64,000 bases of DNA, taken from the IMG/VR virus record IMGVR_UViG_3300028588_000812. The stretch is one strand, 5' to 3'. Shown one piece after another: positions 37,184-48,123 of the stretch. Made by a program: the position numbers and the translations under genes. Under the pieces are notes generated by a model. That model was not told the DNA's origin and did no database searches. It saw nothing but the letters and a program-made list of their open reading frames with translations. The first letter of the stretch is position 1. Each line of letters begins with the position of its first letter. The stretch is from an uncultured virus (IMG/VR IMGVR_UViG_3300028588_000812). Taxonomy: Duplodnaviria; Heunggongvirae; Uroviricota; Caudoviricetes.

Positions 37184-39532
37184 TTAAAAAGTTAAATCAT
37201 CTTCGATGTCATCTAATGATGATGGAGCAGAAGGGTCGTTTTCTTCTTCGTCATCATCAAAGATATTATCGTTAGCTCCATCTTGTGAATCAAGGATTGA
37301 ACCTTTAAGTAGATTAGGAATAACAGTTACCACTTTGTCAACAATATCGTTAGCATCTTCGGTGTGGTTAATCATAATGATTTGGTCAATAGGAAGGTTT
37401 TGAATTGTTGAAAGCATAGTAGAGCGACGTTCAGCATCCTGAGCCGTTAGAACCTCATCTAACCATAGCAATGAAGGGTTACCACCTGTGATAAGGAAAG
37501 CAATAGCTAGACGCAAAGCGAAAGCTACAGCGGATTCCTCTCCACCAGATAACCAGCCAACTGCGCGTTCTTCACCGGTACTGCTTACAACAGTAATATT
37601 AAAGGACTCATCCAAACGAATTTCAGTATAAGCACCATTAGTTATACCACTAATCAAATCTGTAGCATGTTCTGAAATTTCAGGCGCAAGGGCAGCAATA
37701 CTGTCCTTACGGAACTTATCAATAATTTCTACAGTTAATGCTTTACGTTCTTGGGCAGCAAGAAGTTCTTTTTTGCGCTTCCACTGCTCAATAGCTGAAC
37801 GAAGATTGTTGCTAGCAACAGATAACCTTGATTCGAAAGTGCTCAACTCGGAATAAGCTTCATTCATGCGGCTTGACAAGTTACCAGCTTCTTTTTGTAA
37901 TTTGTCTTGCTTAATACGGGCAGCATTGTATTTCTCTTCTGAAAAGAGCTTTTTGAACTCAGAAAGCTCAGGGTAAAGTTGAGCAATTCTTTGAGTTTTT
38001 GTAGTCAAGTTAGAATTAGCGACTTCGTATTGGCTCTTGTCATCGTTAAAGCGTTTGGCGGTTAGACCATCCTCAGTAATACGATCTTTAGCTTCTTCTA
38101 AGTCAGAAATTTCTTTTTCAATTACTGTCAAATCAGCAAAAGTATCTAAACGAGCTTTTACGGTCGCCAAAGATTGAGTATCTTCTTCAAGTTTAGCTTT
38201 CCATTGAACTAACTGGTTAGCTTGACGAAGTTGACTTTCCTGTGAAGACAACTGAGTTTGTAACTTGTTGATTTCTTCAATGTTATCTAATTGCTTTTGT
38301 TCAAAATCAGAAGCGAAAGTTTCAAAATCTTTTACAAGACCTTCAACGTCAGCTAATACTGTGTTACATGTAGGGCATTCTTTATGGTCGCCAGATAACG
38401 CTGTAACTTTTTCACGATAGTCTTCTGCTTTGTTACCATAGACAGCATTTGCTTGCCTTAATGTAAGAATACTATTTTTAGTAGTTTCAATATTTTCAGC
38501 TAATTCTGTTTCTGAAATGTTTTCACTTTGAGCAATTTTTTGTTCAAGGTCGCTAATAGAATAAGTAAACGCTTCAATAGCATTTTCTATTTGAGCTTTT
38601 TCTACACGTAAACCATTAAGTTTTTGGTTAGCTTCTGATAATTTAGCAATAGTTTCTTTATGACGGTCGCGTAACGCTTGAATATCATAATCAACTGTGT
38701 TCTTAACTACATAACCTAAACGGTCTACAGTCGCCTGGTCTGCTTCAACACTTGTTTCAAGGTTACTAATTTCACTACTAATTCTTAGAATTGAAGCTTC
38801 TGTTGTGCGGAGAATTTCAATTTGACTAGTAAGTTCTTTTAAGACAATTTGTATAGAATTAAGTTCATCTTGCTTGGTTTCTTTAACTTCACGTAATTCG
38901 TTAACTTTGTTTGAAAGTAAATGAACCTGTGCTTCTGTTTCGTCAATAGCAGACTCTGAACCAGGAATTGATTTCAAGACTTCTTTAGTATCTTTTTCGC
39001 TTTTACGCGCTTTAACTAATGCCTCATTGATTGTATTGATGCCAGCAAGTCTTTCAATGGTATCTTTACGTTCAGCGGGCCTATCTGTTACTAAAGCGTC
39101 AAGTTCTTTTTGGCGCACAATAAAAGCAGTTGTGAAGCCTTTAGCATCAACACCTAAACGTTGGGTAATCCATGCATTAGCTGCTTTGCTGCTGGACACA
39201 GTTGTAGGCACACCATCAACATAAATATCTACGGCAACAGAAGCTTTACTGGAAGCTTGGATTTCTCTAATAATTTCAATTGTTTGACCTAAATGAATAA
39301 ATACTACAGATGCTGAACATTCTTCTTTACCAGAACCTGTTCTACGAAGAGAAGCAATAGTTGCGTTAGGTGGAGCAACACCAAAAAGAGCAAAAAGGGT
39401 ACCAGCTAAGAAAGTTGTTTTACCTGCACCATTAGAACCAAAGATACCAGTAATACCTTCTAGTTGTGGCTGGAAAACTGCTTCACGAATAGCTCGGAAA
39501 TTACGTAAACGAATTTTTTCTAAAATAATCAT
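37184..39532 (-). CDS. sbcC: SbcC/Rad50-like SMC ATPase
   Basis: GSNGAGKTT, CPTC zinc hook, LSGGE, LWLDE, INH. Confidence 0.92.
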   Translation of the reverse strand: MIILEKIRLRNFRAIREAVFQPQLEGITGIFGSNGAGKTTFLAGTLFALFGVAPPNATIASLRRTGSGKEECSASVVFIHLGQTIEIIREIQASSKASVAVDIYVDGVPTTVSSSKAANAWITQRLGVDAKGFTTAFIVRQKELDALVTDRPAERKDTIERLAGINTINEALVKARKSEKDTKEVLKSIPGSESAIDETEAQVHLLSNKVNELREVKETKQDELNSIQIVLKELTSQIEILRTTEASILRISSEISNLETSVEADQATVDRLGYVVKNTVDYDIQALRDRHKETIAKLSEANQKLNGLRVEKAQIENAIEAFTYSISDLEQKIAQSENISETELAENIETTKNSILTLRQANAVYGNKAEDYREKVTALSGDHKECPTCNTVLADVEGLVKDFETFASDFEQKQLDNIEEINKLQTQLSSQESQLRQANQLVQWKAKLEEDTQSLATVKARLDTFADLTVIEKEISDLEEAKDRITEDGLTAKRFNDDKSQYEVANSNLTTKTQRIAQLYPELSEFKKLFSEEKYNAARIKQDKLQKEAGNLSSRMNEAYSELSTFESRLSVASNNLRSAIEQWKRKKELLAAQERKALTVEIIDKFRKDSIAALAPEISEHATDLISGITNGAYTEIRLDESFNITVVSSTGEERAVGWLSGGEESAVAFALRLAIAFLITGGNPSLLWLDEVLTAQDAERRSTMLSTIQNLPIDQIIMINHTEDANDIVDKVVTVIPNLLKGSILDSQDGANDNIFDDDEEENDPSAPSSLDDIEDDLTF

Positions 39533-39535
39533 AAT

Positions 39536-40753
39536 TTAGTGGCTATGACCTTCCTCAAAACCTTTATCTCTTGCTTCTCTAATATATTCTTCTGCGTCTT
39601 TAACTACTGTGTCTCGGTATTCTTCTGGGACACTTTTAGCTACATCTGTAATCCAGTCTTTGTATGAAGAAAGAATGTTTACAGAATGTTTGTTACCTAG
39701 AGATAATTCATTCTTAGAAGAAACCTTATCTTTTTCAATTCTGTCGCTTTTAGGGAACTCTAGTTGCCATGAAAGCATATGGGCACTTAACTCATTAATC
39801 TTTGATGCATCTAAAGAAGTACGAATACCACGGTTAGTGTTTATAATTCGTTGACGTACGATAGGCTCTTGTTCAGCTTCTTTAGTTCTGTTAAGACTAA
39901 TCTCTAATAAATCCATAACCTGGCTTGCTGTTTTACCATCTGCATCAATAACATCTAAATCATATTGTGGACGTTGCTTAATATCATGAGCTTTGAATGT
40001 TGATTGACCATTATCATCAATTGTTACCATCATCCAACCACGTGCACCAGCAGCGTCACTGAAACCACGACGCACAAGAGAACCGCTATACCAAGTGTTT
40101 AGGCTTTCTCCACCTACAGGATAACGGGAATGGTAATGTCCAAGTAATTTAGCTGTGAAGCTATCATCAATAATCATTTCAACAGGAATAAACTGTTCTC
40201 TAATAGATTCTGCGCAACGCATTAGCTCTTGGTTTTTTGGATCTAAAGCAGCACCATGAGTAGTGAAGACGTTGAAGTAACCTTCTTTAGGTTGAACGTC
40301 AGGTGACTCGGATGAGCTTAAACCGTGGTGAGAAACAATATGCAACATAACACCATCAGCAATTTCGTGTTGCTTGTAAGGGTCAATGAATGCATGAATA
40401 CCTTTATCAGGGTCATTGATTGGGGCAATAGCAGCTAATTCTGCTCTAGCATCTGTAGCATCATGGTTACCAGCTAGAACAACAACTTTAATGTTTCGCT
40501 TGGACAACTCACGAAGGTAATGTTGTACTGTGACAATATCACGCATAGATGGTTTAGAAGCATGGAATAAGTCCCCTGCAATAACTACACAATCAATTAA
40601 CTCTTCTTCGTTAGCTTTAATGATTTGAGCCACAACTTCACGAAGGGCATTATAACCATCTTGGGCACGAATATTAATTCCTTGTGCGTTTGAACGGACT
40701 TTGGTTTTGTACCCAACATGGGCATCAGCGAAAAAAGCAATACGGCAACTCAT
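39536..40753 (-). CDS. sbcD: SbcD/Mre11-like nuclease
   Basis: ADAHVG, AGDLFH, AGNHD, THG, LGHYH, YSGS; TGG-TAAAAT 8 nt upstream. Confidence 0.92.
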   Translation of the reverse strand: MSCRIAFFADAHVGYKTKVRSNAQGINIRAQDGYNALREVVAQIIKANEEELIDCVVIAGDLFHASKPSMRDIVTVQHYLRELSKRNIKVVVLAGNHDATDARAELAAIAPINDPDKGIHAFIDPYKQHEIADGVMLHIVSHHGLSSSESPDVQPKEGYFNVFTTHGAALDPKNQELMRCAESIREQFIPVEMIIDDSFTAKLLGHYHSRYPVGGESLNTWYSGSLVRRGFSDAAGARGWMMVTIDDNGQSTFKAHDIKQRPQYDLDVIDADGKTASQVMDLLEISLNRTKEAEQEPIVRQRIINTNRGIRTSLDASKINELSAHMLSWQLEFPKSDRIEKDKVSSKNELSLGNKHSVNILSSYKDWITDVAKSVPEEYRDTVVKDAEEYIREARDKGFEEGHSH

Positions 40754-40800
40754 ATGTAACCATTTTACCATGAGTTGCCGTATTGCCTTGGAAAATTAAC

Positions 40801-41997
40801 TTATTCAGAAGGGGTTTCTTCTACGTTATTATTATCGTTTAAATAGTTCTCATCTGTGATAGGTTTTAACACAATTGTGCTTTTACCAGTTGCATCTTTT
40901 ACTGTAGCTGTAAGGGTTTGGAAACCAGTGTAAGAGTACACAACGTCTCCACTTCTCATAACAGTTAACCAGCGGTTAAGGTCTACAGATACTTGGTATA
41001 AGCCCTCAGAGGCCGGTAGAGCCTTTATGGGCGTACCTTCCGCATCAACTCCCACAGCTTCCTTGTTAGAGCGCACAGACATGCCTCCTGAGCTAATAAG
41101 GATGCTTTGAGCAGGATATTGAACACCTGTCTGGTTTGTATCTGTTGCTTCGGATGTTAATTTAACAGAACCATCAACATCAAGATAATATGAGCGTCCG
41201 GATAAATAGTCACGAATAGAAGTTGGTGTGTTTGGTTGCTTGAAGTCTGTGTTACTAAAAGTACCATCCCATGTCAAACCATCTTTACTTGTTCCTGACC
41301 ATACTGTTTGATTAGTCATTCCAAGTAGAGCTAAAGTCGTATCAACTGTTTCGCTATCGTTATCATTTAAACCAGCAGCGTAAAGGCTTGTAAATGATTT
41401 AAAATTAAATGCCATGAAGGCAGTATCATTTAATTCAAGGTCAGCTTTATCAGTTCTATCTTTAGTGTTATCAAATTGGTCAACTGCGTAGTTAACATCA
41501 CTGTATGCTCCATCTTGGATAAATAAAATCATATTACCCACTTGTTGAAAGCCTAAACCGCCTTTAGAGTTAATTAAGTCAGCTACTTTGATAGCGGCAT
41601 CTTCATTTTCATAAACAATAAAAGTAGTTGGTAAACCTAGAACACCCTGTGACTGAAAATCATTACCAGGTGACATTGTGAAAGCAACATAATCTGCGTT
41701 TTCATCATAATCATCAAAGTTTAAATCCTTTAAGGCGGGATTAGTTGAATAACCTAACAGGGTATCCCACCATTTCTGTGATGGTGGTGCAACAACAATT
41801 GATGCAGCAGGTTCCCCATTGACTGTGGTAACTTCACTTATATCTGTACCAACTGTAGATTTGCTTATTTTATCTTCAACAGTTTCAGGCTGATTGTTTT
41901 TGACAGCAAAGAAAGTAATAACAGCAACTAGTACGGCTACAACAGCAATAGCTATTATTATAAAAAGTTTACGGTGTTCTTTCAGAGTATTCATCAT
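40801..41997 (-). CDS. membrane-anchored extracytoplasmic protein
   Basis: N-terminal TM; GGCGATAA element at 42003-42010. Confidence 0.75.
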   Translation of the reverse strand: MMNTLKEHRKLFIIIAIAVVAVLVAVITFFAVKNNQPETVEDKISKSTVGTDISEVTTVNGEPAASIVVAPPSQKWWDTLLGYSTNPALKDLNFDDYDENADYVAFTMSPGNDFQSQGVLGLPTTFIVYENEDAAIKVADLINSKGGLGFQQVGNMILFIQDGAYSDVNYAVDQFDNTKDRTDKADLELNDTAFMAFNFKSFTSLYAAGLNDNDSETVDTTLALLGMTNQTVWSGTSKDGLTWDGTFSNTDFKQPNTPTSIRDYLSGRSYYLDVDGSVKLTSEATDTNQTGVQYPAQSILISSGGMSVRSNKEAVGVDAEGTPIKALPASEGLYQVSVDLNRWLTVMRSGDVVYSYTGFQTLTATVKDATGKSTIVLKPITDENYLNDNNNVEETPSE

Positions 41998-42021
41998 ATA
42001 TATTATCGCCTTATTTAAAAC

Positions 42022-42065
42022 AAAAGGTGGGGTTTCTCACATTTCTGTAAGAAACCCCACCTTTT
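42022..42065 (-). terminator. terminator after pilin operon
   Basis: aaaaggtggggtttct / agaaaccccacctttt. Confidence 0.7.
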
Positions 42066-42071
42066 AGTTAT

Positions 42072-45000
42072 TTAGTTTTGTGTTACAAAACTCTTAGCTA
42101 CTGATTTCTCAGATGTAGCTGTTGCTGATTTAGCTTCAACACGTAAGATGTAGCTTGTGTTGCTAGTTAAACCAGAGATTGTTACGCTAGGTGCAACTGG
42201 CATTCCGAATACTGGTGCTGGTTGCGCTACGTTGACTGACTTAGTTACACCATTTGCTGTGTAGTAAACTACATAACTTGTGGCATTTGTAACAGTACCC
42301 CATTTAGCTGTTACGCTACTGTTGGTAATTGTTGAAAGTTCAACGTTAGCTGGGATATCAAGCGGTTGACTGATACTGAATGGTGCAGAAGCTCCGGAAG
42401 TTGCAGTAGGGTTAGTAGCTGAAACTGTAATTGAAGCTGTTGAACCAGCAGGAACAGTAACCTTTGTAGAGTTAGTTGTAACTGATGTTGTTGTTGATGT
42501 ACCATTAATGGTTGTCACAACTGTGTACTTAGTGATACCTTGCCATGCGTTCCAACCTACAGTGTAAGTATTAGCTGATTGAGAAATAACAGCGATACCA
42601 GTTGGTGTAGGTGGTTTACCTTTACCATATTCACATAATGCAGAATAGTTAGGGTCTGACTCTTCTTGAAGAGCACAGTCTTGACCTTCTACTTGTGCAG
42701 GAGGGGTAATTGAGTTAGAAACTTCTGATTGGTTAGGGTTACCTTGTTGTACAGAACCACCACGTGAAGTTCCACCAGCCCATACTTGTGCAGGTGCAGC
42801 AGCATAGTAGTTAGGGTACTTAGAAGGCCATGTGGTCCAATCAGCACAACCCATGCTACATGATAGTGAGTTTAGGAAACCTAATCTACCTACAACGTCA
42901 CTCTCTGCTGACATACCATCGTAGTTAAGAACTGTCTTAGACCAACGGTTGTTATCTCCACGAAGAGTTTGGTTTTGTGAGTAAGCAGTGAACATACCTG
43001 AATTTACATTCTGGTTGTTTAATGTTTCTCCACCACCGTTAACCCATGTGTATGTTTGAACATATGAACCCATACCACGGTTAACACCAGTATCAACTTG
43101 ACGGAACATTCTTGTTTGAACACCACTTGCAAAACGCTTGTCCTCATAGTTACCACCCATCCAACGAGGAAGGTCAGGCTTGGATAAGAACTTAGCAGTG
43201 TTACTTACACGAGTTAAACCGTTGTGTGCTGATGATGTAACTGTGAAACGGTAAGCACTACCTGGCATTTCGTTTTGGTAAAGTAAGCTTTGGTTACCTG
43301 TTACATAAACAGCAGATGCGTTTTGTGTACCAGCTTGGTCAACTGTTGCGCCGGAAGCGTAACGGTCACGTACAAGGCTGTAACCTCTAGAAGCGTTCAT
43401 TGATTGATTCCATGTAACGTTAATGGAAGCATATGAGTTACTTGAACGAGAGAACATACCAACTGGAAGGTAGTTAGTTGAACTCATTGGGCGAGAAAGG
43501 TCACAAGGGTTGCTTGGTGTACCGTTAGGGTCACTCCAACAAGTGTAAGCGTTAGGAAGAGGCTTGCTTTCGTCAATAACACGGAATACAGATGCGTTAA
43601 CAACGTTAGCAATACCGAACTTACCTGGTTTTTGCTTCACTTCAACAGAGCTAGCAACACCTGGTCCAGCATCGTTATATGGAACAGCTTTGTAGCAGTC
43701 ATATGAACCCCAGTCTGCTTGTGAGTCAGTAATAGTATTACCAGTGAAGTTCAAACGTGCTTGTGCTGTTGCATAGTCACATTCTGTTGTTCCAGCTAAT
43801 GTTTCAAAGGTTTGCATACGGAAACCATCAGTGTTAGCTGCACGAGCAGATACACTAATAATAGCGTCAGTAGTTGTTGAACGTGTTGAAGTGTCAGGTG
43901 TAGCAGCAACAAGTGTTGAAGCGCTTGGTGGGCTAACTAGACGTTCTGTTTCTGATGCAACACTTTCTCCACCAGCGTTATAAGCTTTAACAGTATAGTT
44001 TCTGTTTGCACCATAAGCACTAGAAAGTTGTGTCCATTGTGTACCTGCGCTTGTAACTGTAGCTACAGGTGTAGCAAAGTTGGTTCCTTCGTAAATACGG
44101 TATCCTTCAACACCATATGTAGATGACCAAGCTAATTGGTTAGTTAAACCACGAGCAACAGTGTAACGGTTACCACTTAAAATGTCAGTTGTTGCAACAG
44201 ATTTAGCAGCAATGTTAGTTTCTGCGGCACGTGAAAGAGTTTCAGTTCCAGTTCCGTTTTTTGTAGCAGCTAATGTTGCAAGGCTGTTAACGTTTACGAA
44301 ACCAACTTCATCAGGAACAACAGTACCTGTGATAGGACCACAGGCAGGTGAGTTTCCACCAGAACCGTTAGCTTGGATAGTCCAACGGTATGTTGTACCC
44401 CATGCAAGGTCTTTATCAACGAAAGTCAAAGTATCTGGGTCACCAATAACAAATGAACCTTCAGTAGCGTTTGTGCTGCTGTTTACACGGTAAATTGTGT
44501 ATGATGTTGCACCAGAAGGTGAGTACCATGACAATGTAGCTTGTGTTTCTGTAGGAACAATATCCACACGGAAGTTAGCAGGACATTCAGGAATGCTGCT
44601 GTAGCTGTCTGGGATTGTACCAGTTGTTGAACCACCAGCAGTTGTAGCTGCGCTTGATTCCATTTGAATTGGAGTTCCACGACCATCTGCGTTAGCAGCG
44701 ATACGGAATTCTACACGCTCAATACGGCTCAATGAAGAAGCTGGTGCGCTATTAGTGTCAGTAATAGCAGGAACAGTAATTAATTCATTTTTAGCATCGT
44801 AGTAATCAAATACATGGCGCTTTTCTGGGTTAGCGAATCCTACAGGGTTGTGACCTTTAACTGTAATCTTTTGTCCAGTTGTTCCTGCGGAAATGTCATA
44901 ACGAATTTCAATTATTGCTTTATAAGCAGGTAATTGAGACGCAATTGCTCGGGCGGGAAGAGCATTTGGACTCGCAGGGTCATAAGCAAAGTATGTAATT

Positions 45001-45290
45001 TCATAATCTTTGCTTGCTTGACGGATTTGGACTGTAATAGAGTTATCAGTAGCAGTCAATACTTTCTGTGCGGAAGATAAATCTCTCTGCATAGAAGCGA
45101 CTGCGTTAGAAACTTCGTTTTGAGTAGTTGTTACATTACCAAAACGGGATGCAGAATTCAGGGTTGTGTTAATAAGTGTCACAACCATGACTGAAACAGC
45201 AGCTAGAAGGGCAATGGCTACTAGTATTTCTACTAGAGTCATACCTTCTTCTCTGTTTGGTACGTTACGTTTTAAAAATTTCACCTTCAT
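42072..45290 (-). CDS. giant prepilin-type protein (PilW-like N-terminus) with multiple fibronectin type III domains; probable adhesin
   Basis: EEG|MTLVEILVAI class III signal; FN3 patterns LSW..PSGATSYTIYR...LAWGTTYRWTIQA and GLTSNTSYILRVEA. Confidence 0.85.
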   Translation of the reverse strand: MKVKFLKRNVPNREEGMTLVEILVAIALLAAVSVMVVTLINTTLNSASRFGNVTTTQNEVSNAVASMQRDLSSAQKVLTATDNSITVQIRQASKDYEITYFAYDPASPNALPARAIASQLPAYKAIIEIRYDISAGTTGQKITVKGHNPVGFANPEKRHVFDYYDAKNELITVPAITDTNSAPASSLSRIERVEFRIAANADGRGTPIQMESSAATTAGGSTTGTIPDSYSSIPECPANFRVDIVPTETQATLSWYSPSGATSYTIYRVNSSTNATEGSFVIGDPDTLTFVDKDLAWGTTYRWTIQANGSGGNSPACGPITGTVVPDEVGFVNVNSLATLAATKNGTGTETLSRAAETNIAAKSVATTDILSGNRYTVARGLTNQLAWSSTYGVEGYRIYEGTNFATPVATVTSAGTQWTQLSSAYGANRNYTVKAYNAGGESVASETERLVSPPSASTLVAATPDTSTRSTTTDAIISVSARAANTDGFRMQTFETLAGTTECDYATAQARLNFTGNTITDSQADWGSYDCYKAVPYNDAGPGVASSVEVKQKPGKFGIANVVNASVFRVIDESKPLPNAYTCWSDPNGTPSNPCDLSRPMSSTNYLPVGMFSRSSNSYASINVTWNQSMNASRGYSLVRDRYASGATVDQAGTQNASAVYVTGNQSLLYQNEMPGSAYRFTVTSSAHNGLTRVSNTAKFLSKPDLPRWMGGNYEDKRFASGVQTRMFRQVDTGVNRGMGSYVQTYTWVNGGGETLNNQNVNSGMFTAYSQNQTLRGDNNRWSKTVLNYDGMSAESDVVGRLGFLNSLSCSMGCADWTTWPSKYPNYYAAAPAQVWAGGTSRGGSVQQGNPNQSEVSNSITPPAQVEGQDCALQEESDPNYSALCEYGKGKPPTPTGIAVISQSANTYTVGWNAWQGITKYTVVTTINGTSTTTSVTTNSTKVTVPAGSTASITVSATNPTATSGASAPFSISQPLDIPANVELSTITNSSVTAKWGTVTNATSYVVYYTANGVTKSVNVAQPAPVFGMPVAPSVTISGLTSNTSYILRVEAKSATATSEKSVAKSFVTQN

Positions 45291-45319
45291 ACATTATATA
45301 TATCGGTTAAAATTTCGAA

Positions 45320-46624
45320 CTACAACTCTTCTACGTAAGTATTGACCCAAATGTGCCTTGTTGTGATAGATTCTAGCGACCTAGCAGCCAGATCCATGTA
45401 AACTTTAGCTGAATCGTAAACATTTACAGTTGCACAAGCCATACCACCAAAGAAAATACCTGGTCCGGTAACATTACATGTAGCATTTTCGCTAGTGTAA
45501 AGGAACTGAGTGCGGTTTGCTGTTGTTGAACTACCTACAGTTAAGTTACCACCAACTGAACGAATAACAAGCTTAGTTGGAGCACCAGTAGAGTTTACAG
45601 ACACACCTGGTTTAACTGTAACGTTACCCAAAACATTCAAACGTAATGGTGAACCAGCACTAAAACTAGCAGGAACCGTTGTATTAATATCAAAATCTAA
45701 TCCACCTAAACAAGTGTTAGTAGGAAGATTAAGAACACCACTGTTTTCAGATGCTTTCCAAATTGGATAACCAGTTCCAGTACAAATAGATTTAACATTC
45801 TCTGTAACACCAGCTAAGCTTACCTCAGAGTTACGGTAACTTTGGGTAACAGGAGCGGTATTACATACGTTAGAAGGAACACAACCTGTGTTGACGCCAG
45901 GATAACTTGAAATAATGTTGCTAATACCATGTTGAGTGTTAGCAATAGCGACTGCTGTATTAGTGGAAGCTACAGTTCCATTTGTAGCAGTTCCTGTAGG
46001 AACACTACCGCTTTTTGCACTATCAAAAGAATAAAGTTTCGTTGTACCAGAGAAATTTACACCAGTTGTACCCAAAATACCATAAGCCCATGAGCTATCA
46101 GCGCTTAATGTATAAGCTACATTTACTGCTCCGTCAGCCTGAGAAACATATTTTCCGCTATTAACTTTAGAACCTTGGAAAATGGAACGCAAAGTTACGC
46201 CTTCGTCAGGGCCTAAGCTTGAAATATATCCGGTTGAGTAGACGTAGTAAGCAACGGTGTTACCAGATGTAACAACACGTTCAGTATATACTCTCCATTT
46301 TAAACCTTCAACATTATAAGCGCCAACTGGTGGTGTTCCAGTTGTTGCGTTAGCAATAGTTCTCTTACTTTCAAGCCATTTTGTGTCAGTGCTGTTGTTT
46401 GCATTAAATAAAGCGTTTTCAATACCGTTGTTTGCAGCAGAAAGATTAGCTTCACGTAAAGAGTTTACTCGGGAAGATTGAGATTGTGTTGTCGCTGTTG
46501 TAGCAACAATTACTGATACCAATAGCAATAGCATTAGTAACAAGATAGCGAAAATCATCGCTGCGCCAGACTCTCGGTCTTCGCCATTACGATAATTTTT
46601 TAATTTATCCATCATTTTTAACAT
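45320..46624 (-). CDS. PilX-like minor pilin
   Basis: ESG|AAMIFAILLL without E5 (typical of PilX); AANNGIENA; VYSTGY; beta-rich C-terminus. Confidence 0.75.
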   Translation of the reverse strand: MLKMMDKLKNYRNGEDRESGAAMIFAILLLMLLLLVSVIVATTATTQSQSSRVNSLREANLSAANNGIENALFNANNSTDTKWLESKRTIANATTGTPPVGAYNVEGLKWRVYTERVVTSGNTVAYYVYSTGYISSLGPDEGVTLRSIFQGSKVNSGKYVSQADGAVNVAYTLSADSSWAYGILGTTGVNFSGTTKLYSFDSAKSGSVPTGTATNGTVASTNTAVAIANTQHGISNIISSYPGVNTGCVPSNVCNTAPVTQSYRNSEVSLAGVTENVKSICTGTGYPIWKASENSGVLNLPTNTCLGGLDFDINTTVPASFSAGSPLRLNVLGNVTVKPGVSVNSTGAPTKLVIRSVGGNLTVGSSTTANRTQFLYTSENATCNVTGPGIFFGGMACATVNVYDSAKVYMDLAARSLESITTRHIWVNTYVEEL

Positions 46625-46635
46625 TTATAAAATCC

Positions 46636-47289
46636 TTAGTTCTTACAACCGAATGGAATTGTCCCATTAGCATTGATTGAGTCTGGAATACAATCATTTG
46701 GGGTTGGTGTGCGAGTGTAAGAAGTGACATATGTGTTCCACTTGCCTTCGCCTGAGTAAACATCTTGCCATGTTACTGTTACATAAACTCTTTTAGGGAA
46801 GTAACTTGTGCTAGCTGAGCCTTGACCGTCAGTTAAGTAAACAATCTTAGTCTGAACATAGAAAGTTGAACCTACTCCACCTTTTTCATTAGTAGCTTGA
46901 CGAGCTTGACAATAAACTAAACCTTCATAAGGGTCACCAGTACCTTTAGTAACAATTACTGTGCTTGATGCTGGTATAGATGATTGGTCCGCTGAACATT
47001 TTCCAGGTCCGTATAATGATGCATCTGTAGTATCTGCTGGTTTAACATACAATCTTTTGTAATCAGCTTGTTTAGCGACTGCTAGAACGTCTTGGGCAAT
47101 GGAAGATGCTTTTGAGCGGTTTTCATTGTATGCAGATGTTCGGAACGCCGTGGAAAGAGAATTAGCGGTGAAGATTAGTACGATTGCAATAATAACAATA
47201 GCAACCATGGTTTCTACAACAGTTAATCCTTCTTCTGGGTTCAAACGTTTGGCTTTCAAGTTGAAAGCTTTAAAAGGTGAAGAGTTCAT
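46636..47289 (-). CDS. PilV-like minor pilin
   Basis: likely start MNSSPF at 47289; EEG|LTVVETMVAI; KRVYVTVTW. Confidence 0.8.
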   Translation of the reverse strand: MNSSPFKAFNLKAKRLNPEEGLTVVETMVAIVIIAIVLIFTANSLSTAFRTSAYNENRSKASSIAQDVLAVAKQADYKRLYVKPADTTDASLYGPGKCSADQSSIPASSTVIVTKGTGDPYEGLVYCQARQATNEKGGVGSTFYVQTKIVYLTDGQGSASTSYFPKRVYVTVTWQDVYSGEGKWNTYVTSYTRTPTPNDCIPDSINANGTIPFGCKN

Positions 47290-47299
47290 ATCAAAATAT

Positions 47300-47347
47300 A
47301 TATCGGTAAAAAGAAAAAGACCTCGTTTACTGAGAAAATGCCGATAG
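47300..47347. promoter_or_regulatory. divergent pair of sigma28/WhiG-type -10 elements (pilin operon on minus, sigma gene on plus)
   Basis: tatcgg 47301-47306 (minus) and GCCGATAG 47340-47347 (plus). Confidence 0.65.
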
Positions 47348-47379
47348 CTCAGTGTAGAGGAGCTACCCCCATCGTAAAT

Positions 47380-48120
47380 ATGTCCAAACCATCTGAAGAA
47401 GAGCAAGAACGTACCGCTGCATTGTGGGCAGAATATAAGTCTGTACCTACATCACGTTTACGTAACATTCTTGTCGAAAAATATACGCCATTAGTGCATA
47501 AAATTGCTGGAACTTTTGCCCACAAAAAGCCATCTGTGTTAGATTACGATGATTTAGTGCAAGCTGGGCGTATGGGTTTACTTGATGCAATAGAGAAATT
47601 TGACCCTCAAAACGAGCGTAAAGCTCAATTCCAAACTTATGCCACTTTCCGTGTGCGCGGCGCTATTCTTGACGAAATAAACTCAATGGATTGGACCCCA
47701 CGTAGCGTCAGGCAAGATATTAAAGAAGTTCTTAGAAGTATCGAAAAGCATTATTCCAAAACATCTTTAGAGCCTACCGTGCAAGATATAGCAAAATCAG
47801 CAAATCTTGACAAAGAACGAACCAGAATTATTCTTAGCCAAATGGATAAAACTTATGTTGTCCATGTAGACAATGACATTATTGATATTGTTGGCCCCAC
47901 AACTGACCATGCAAAATCAGAGCTAGAAAGTATTATTAGCATTGCAATGGACAAAGTTCTAACGCCCCTTGAAAAATCTTTTGTTCAAATGAAATACTTC
48001 ATGGGATACAATAATAAAGAAATACAAGAGGCGCTAGAACTAAAAGTCAGCGAACTTAAACATGTCAGAGATTCAGCTATTGTTAAACTTAGTGCAGAGC
48101 TAGAAAACCCTATCAACTAA
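47380..48120 (+). CDS. FliA/WhiG (sigma28)-family RNA polymerase sigma factor
   Basis: RNILVEKYTPLV, DDLVQAGRMGLLDAIEKFDP, FQTYATFRVRGAILDE, DWTPRSVR; likely start MSKPS. Confidence 0.92.
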   Translation: MSKPSEEEQERTAALWAEYKSVPTSRLRNILVEKYTPLVHKIAGTFAHKKPSVLDYDDLVQAGRMGLLDAIEKFDPQNERKAQFQTYATFRVRGAILDEINSMDWTPRSVRQDIKEVLRSIEKHYSKTSLEPTVQDIAKSANLDKERTRIILSQMDKTYVVHVDNDIIDIVGPTTDHAKSELESIISIAMDKVLTPLEKSFVQMKYFMGYNNKEIQEALELKVSELKHVRDSAIVKLSAELENPIN

Positions 48121-48123
48121 TAA

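Noticed and set aside
47380..48120. Flagellar or sporulation regulon implied by FliA/WhiG
   Set aside because: No flagellar, chemotaxis or whi target genes in the window; matching promoters precede pilus and membrane genes
46636..48120. Overlapping N-terminal extensions given by the ORF track (starts 47406 and 47338; similarly 16396, 57004, 57023, 61592, 62327)
   Set aside because: They run through promoter regions or neighbouring genes; downstream ATGs fit promoter spacing, SD or signal peptides better
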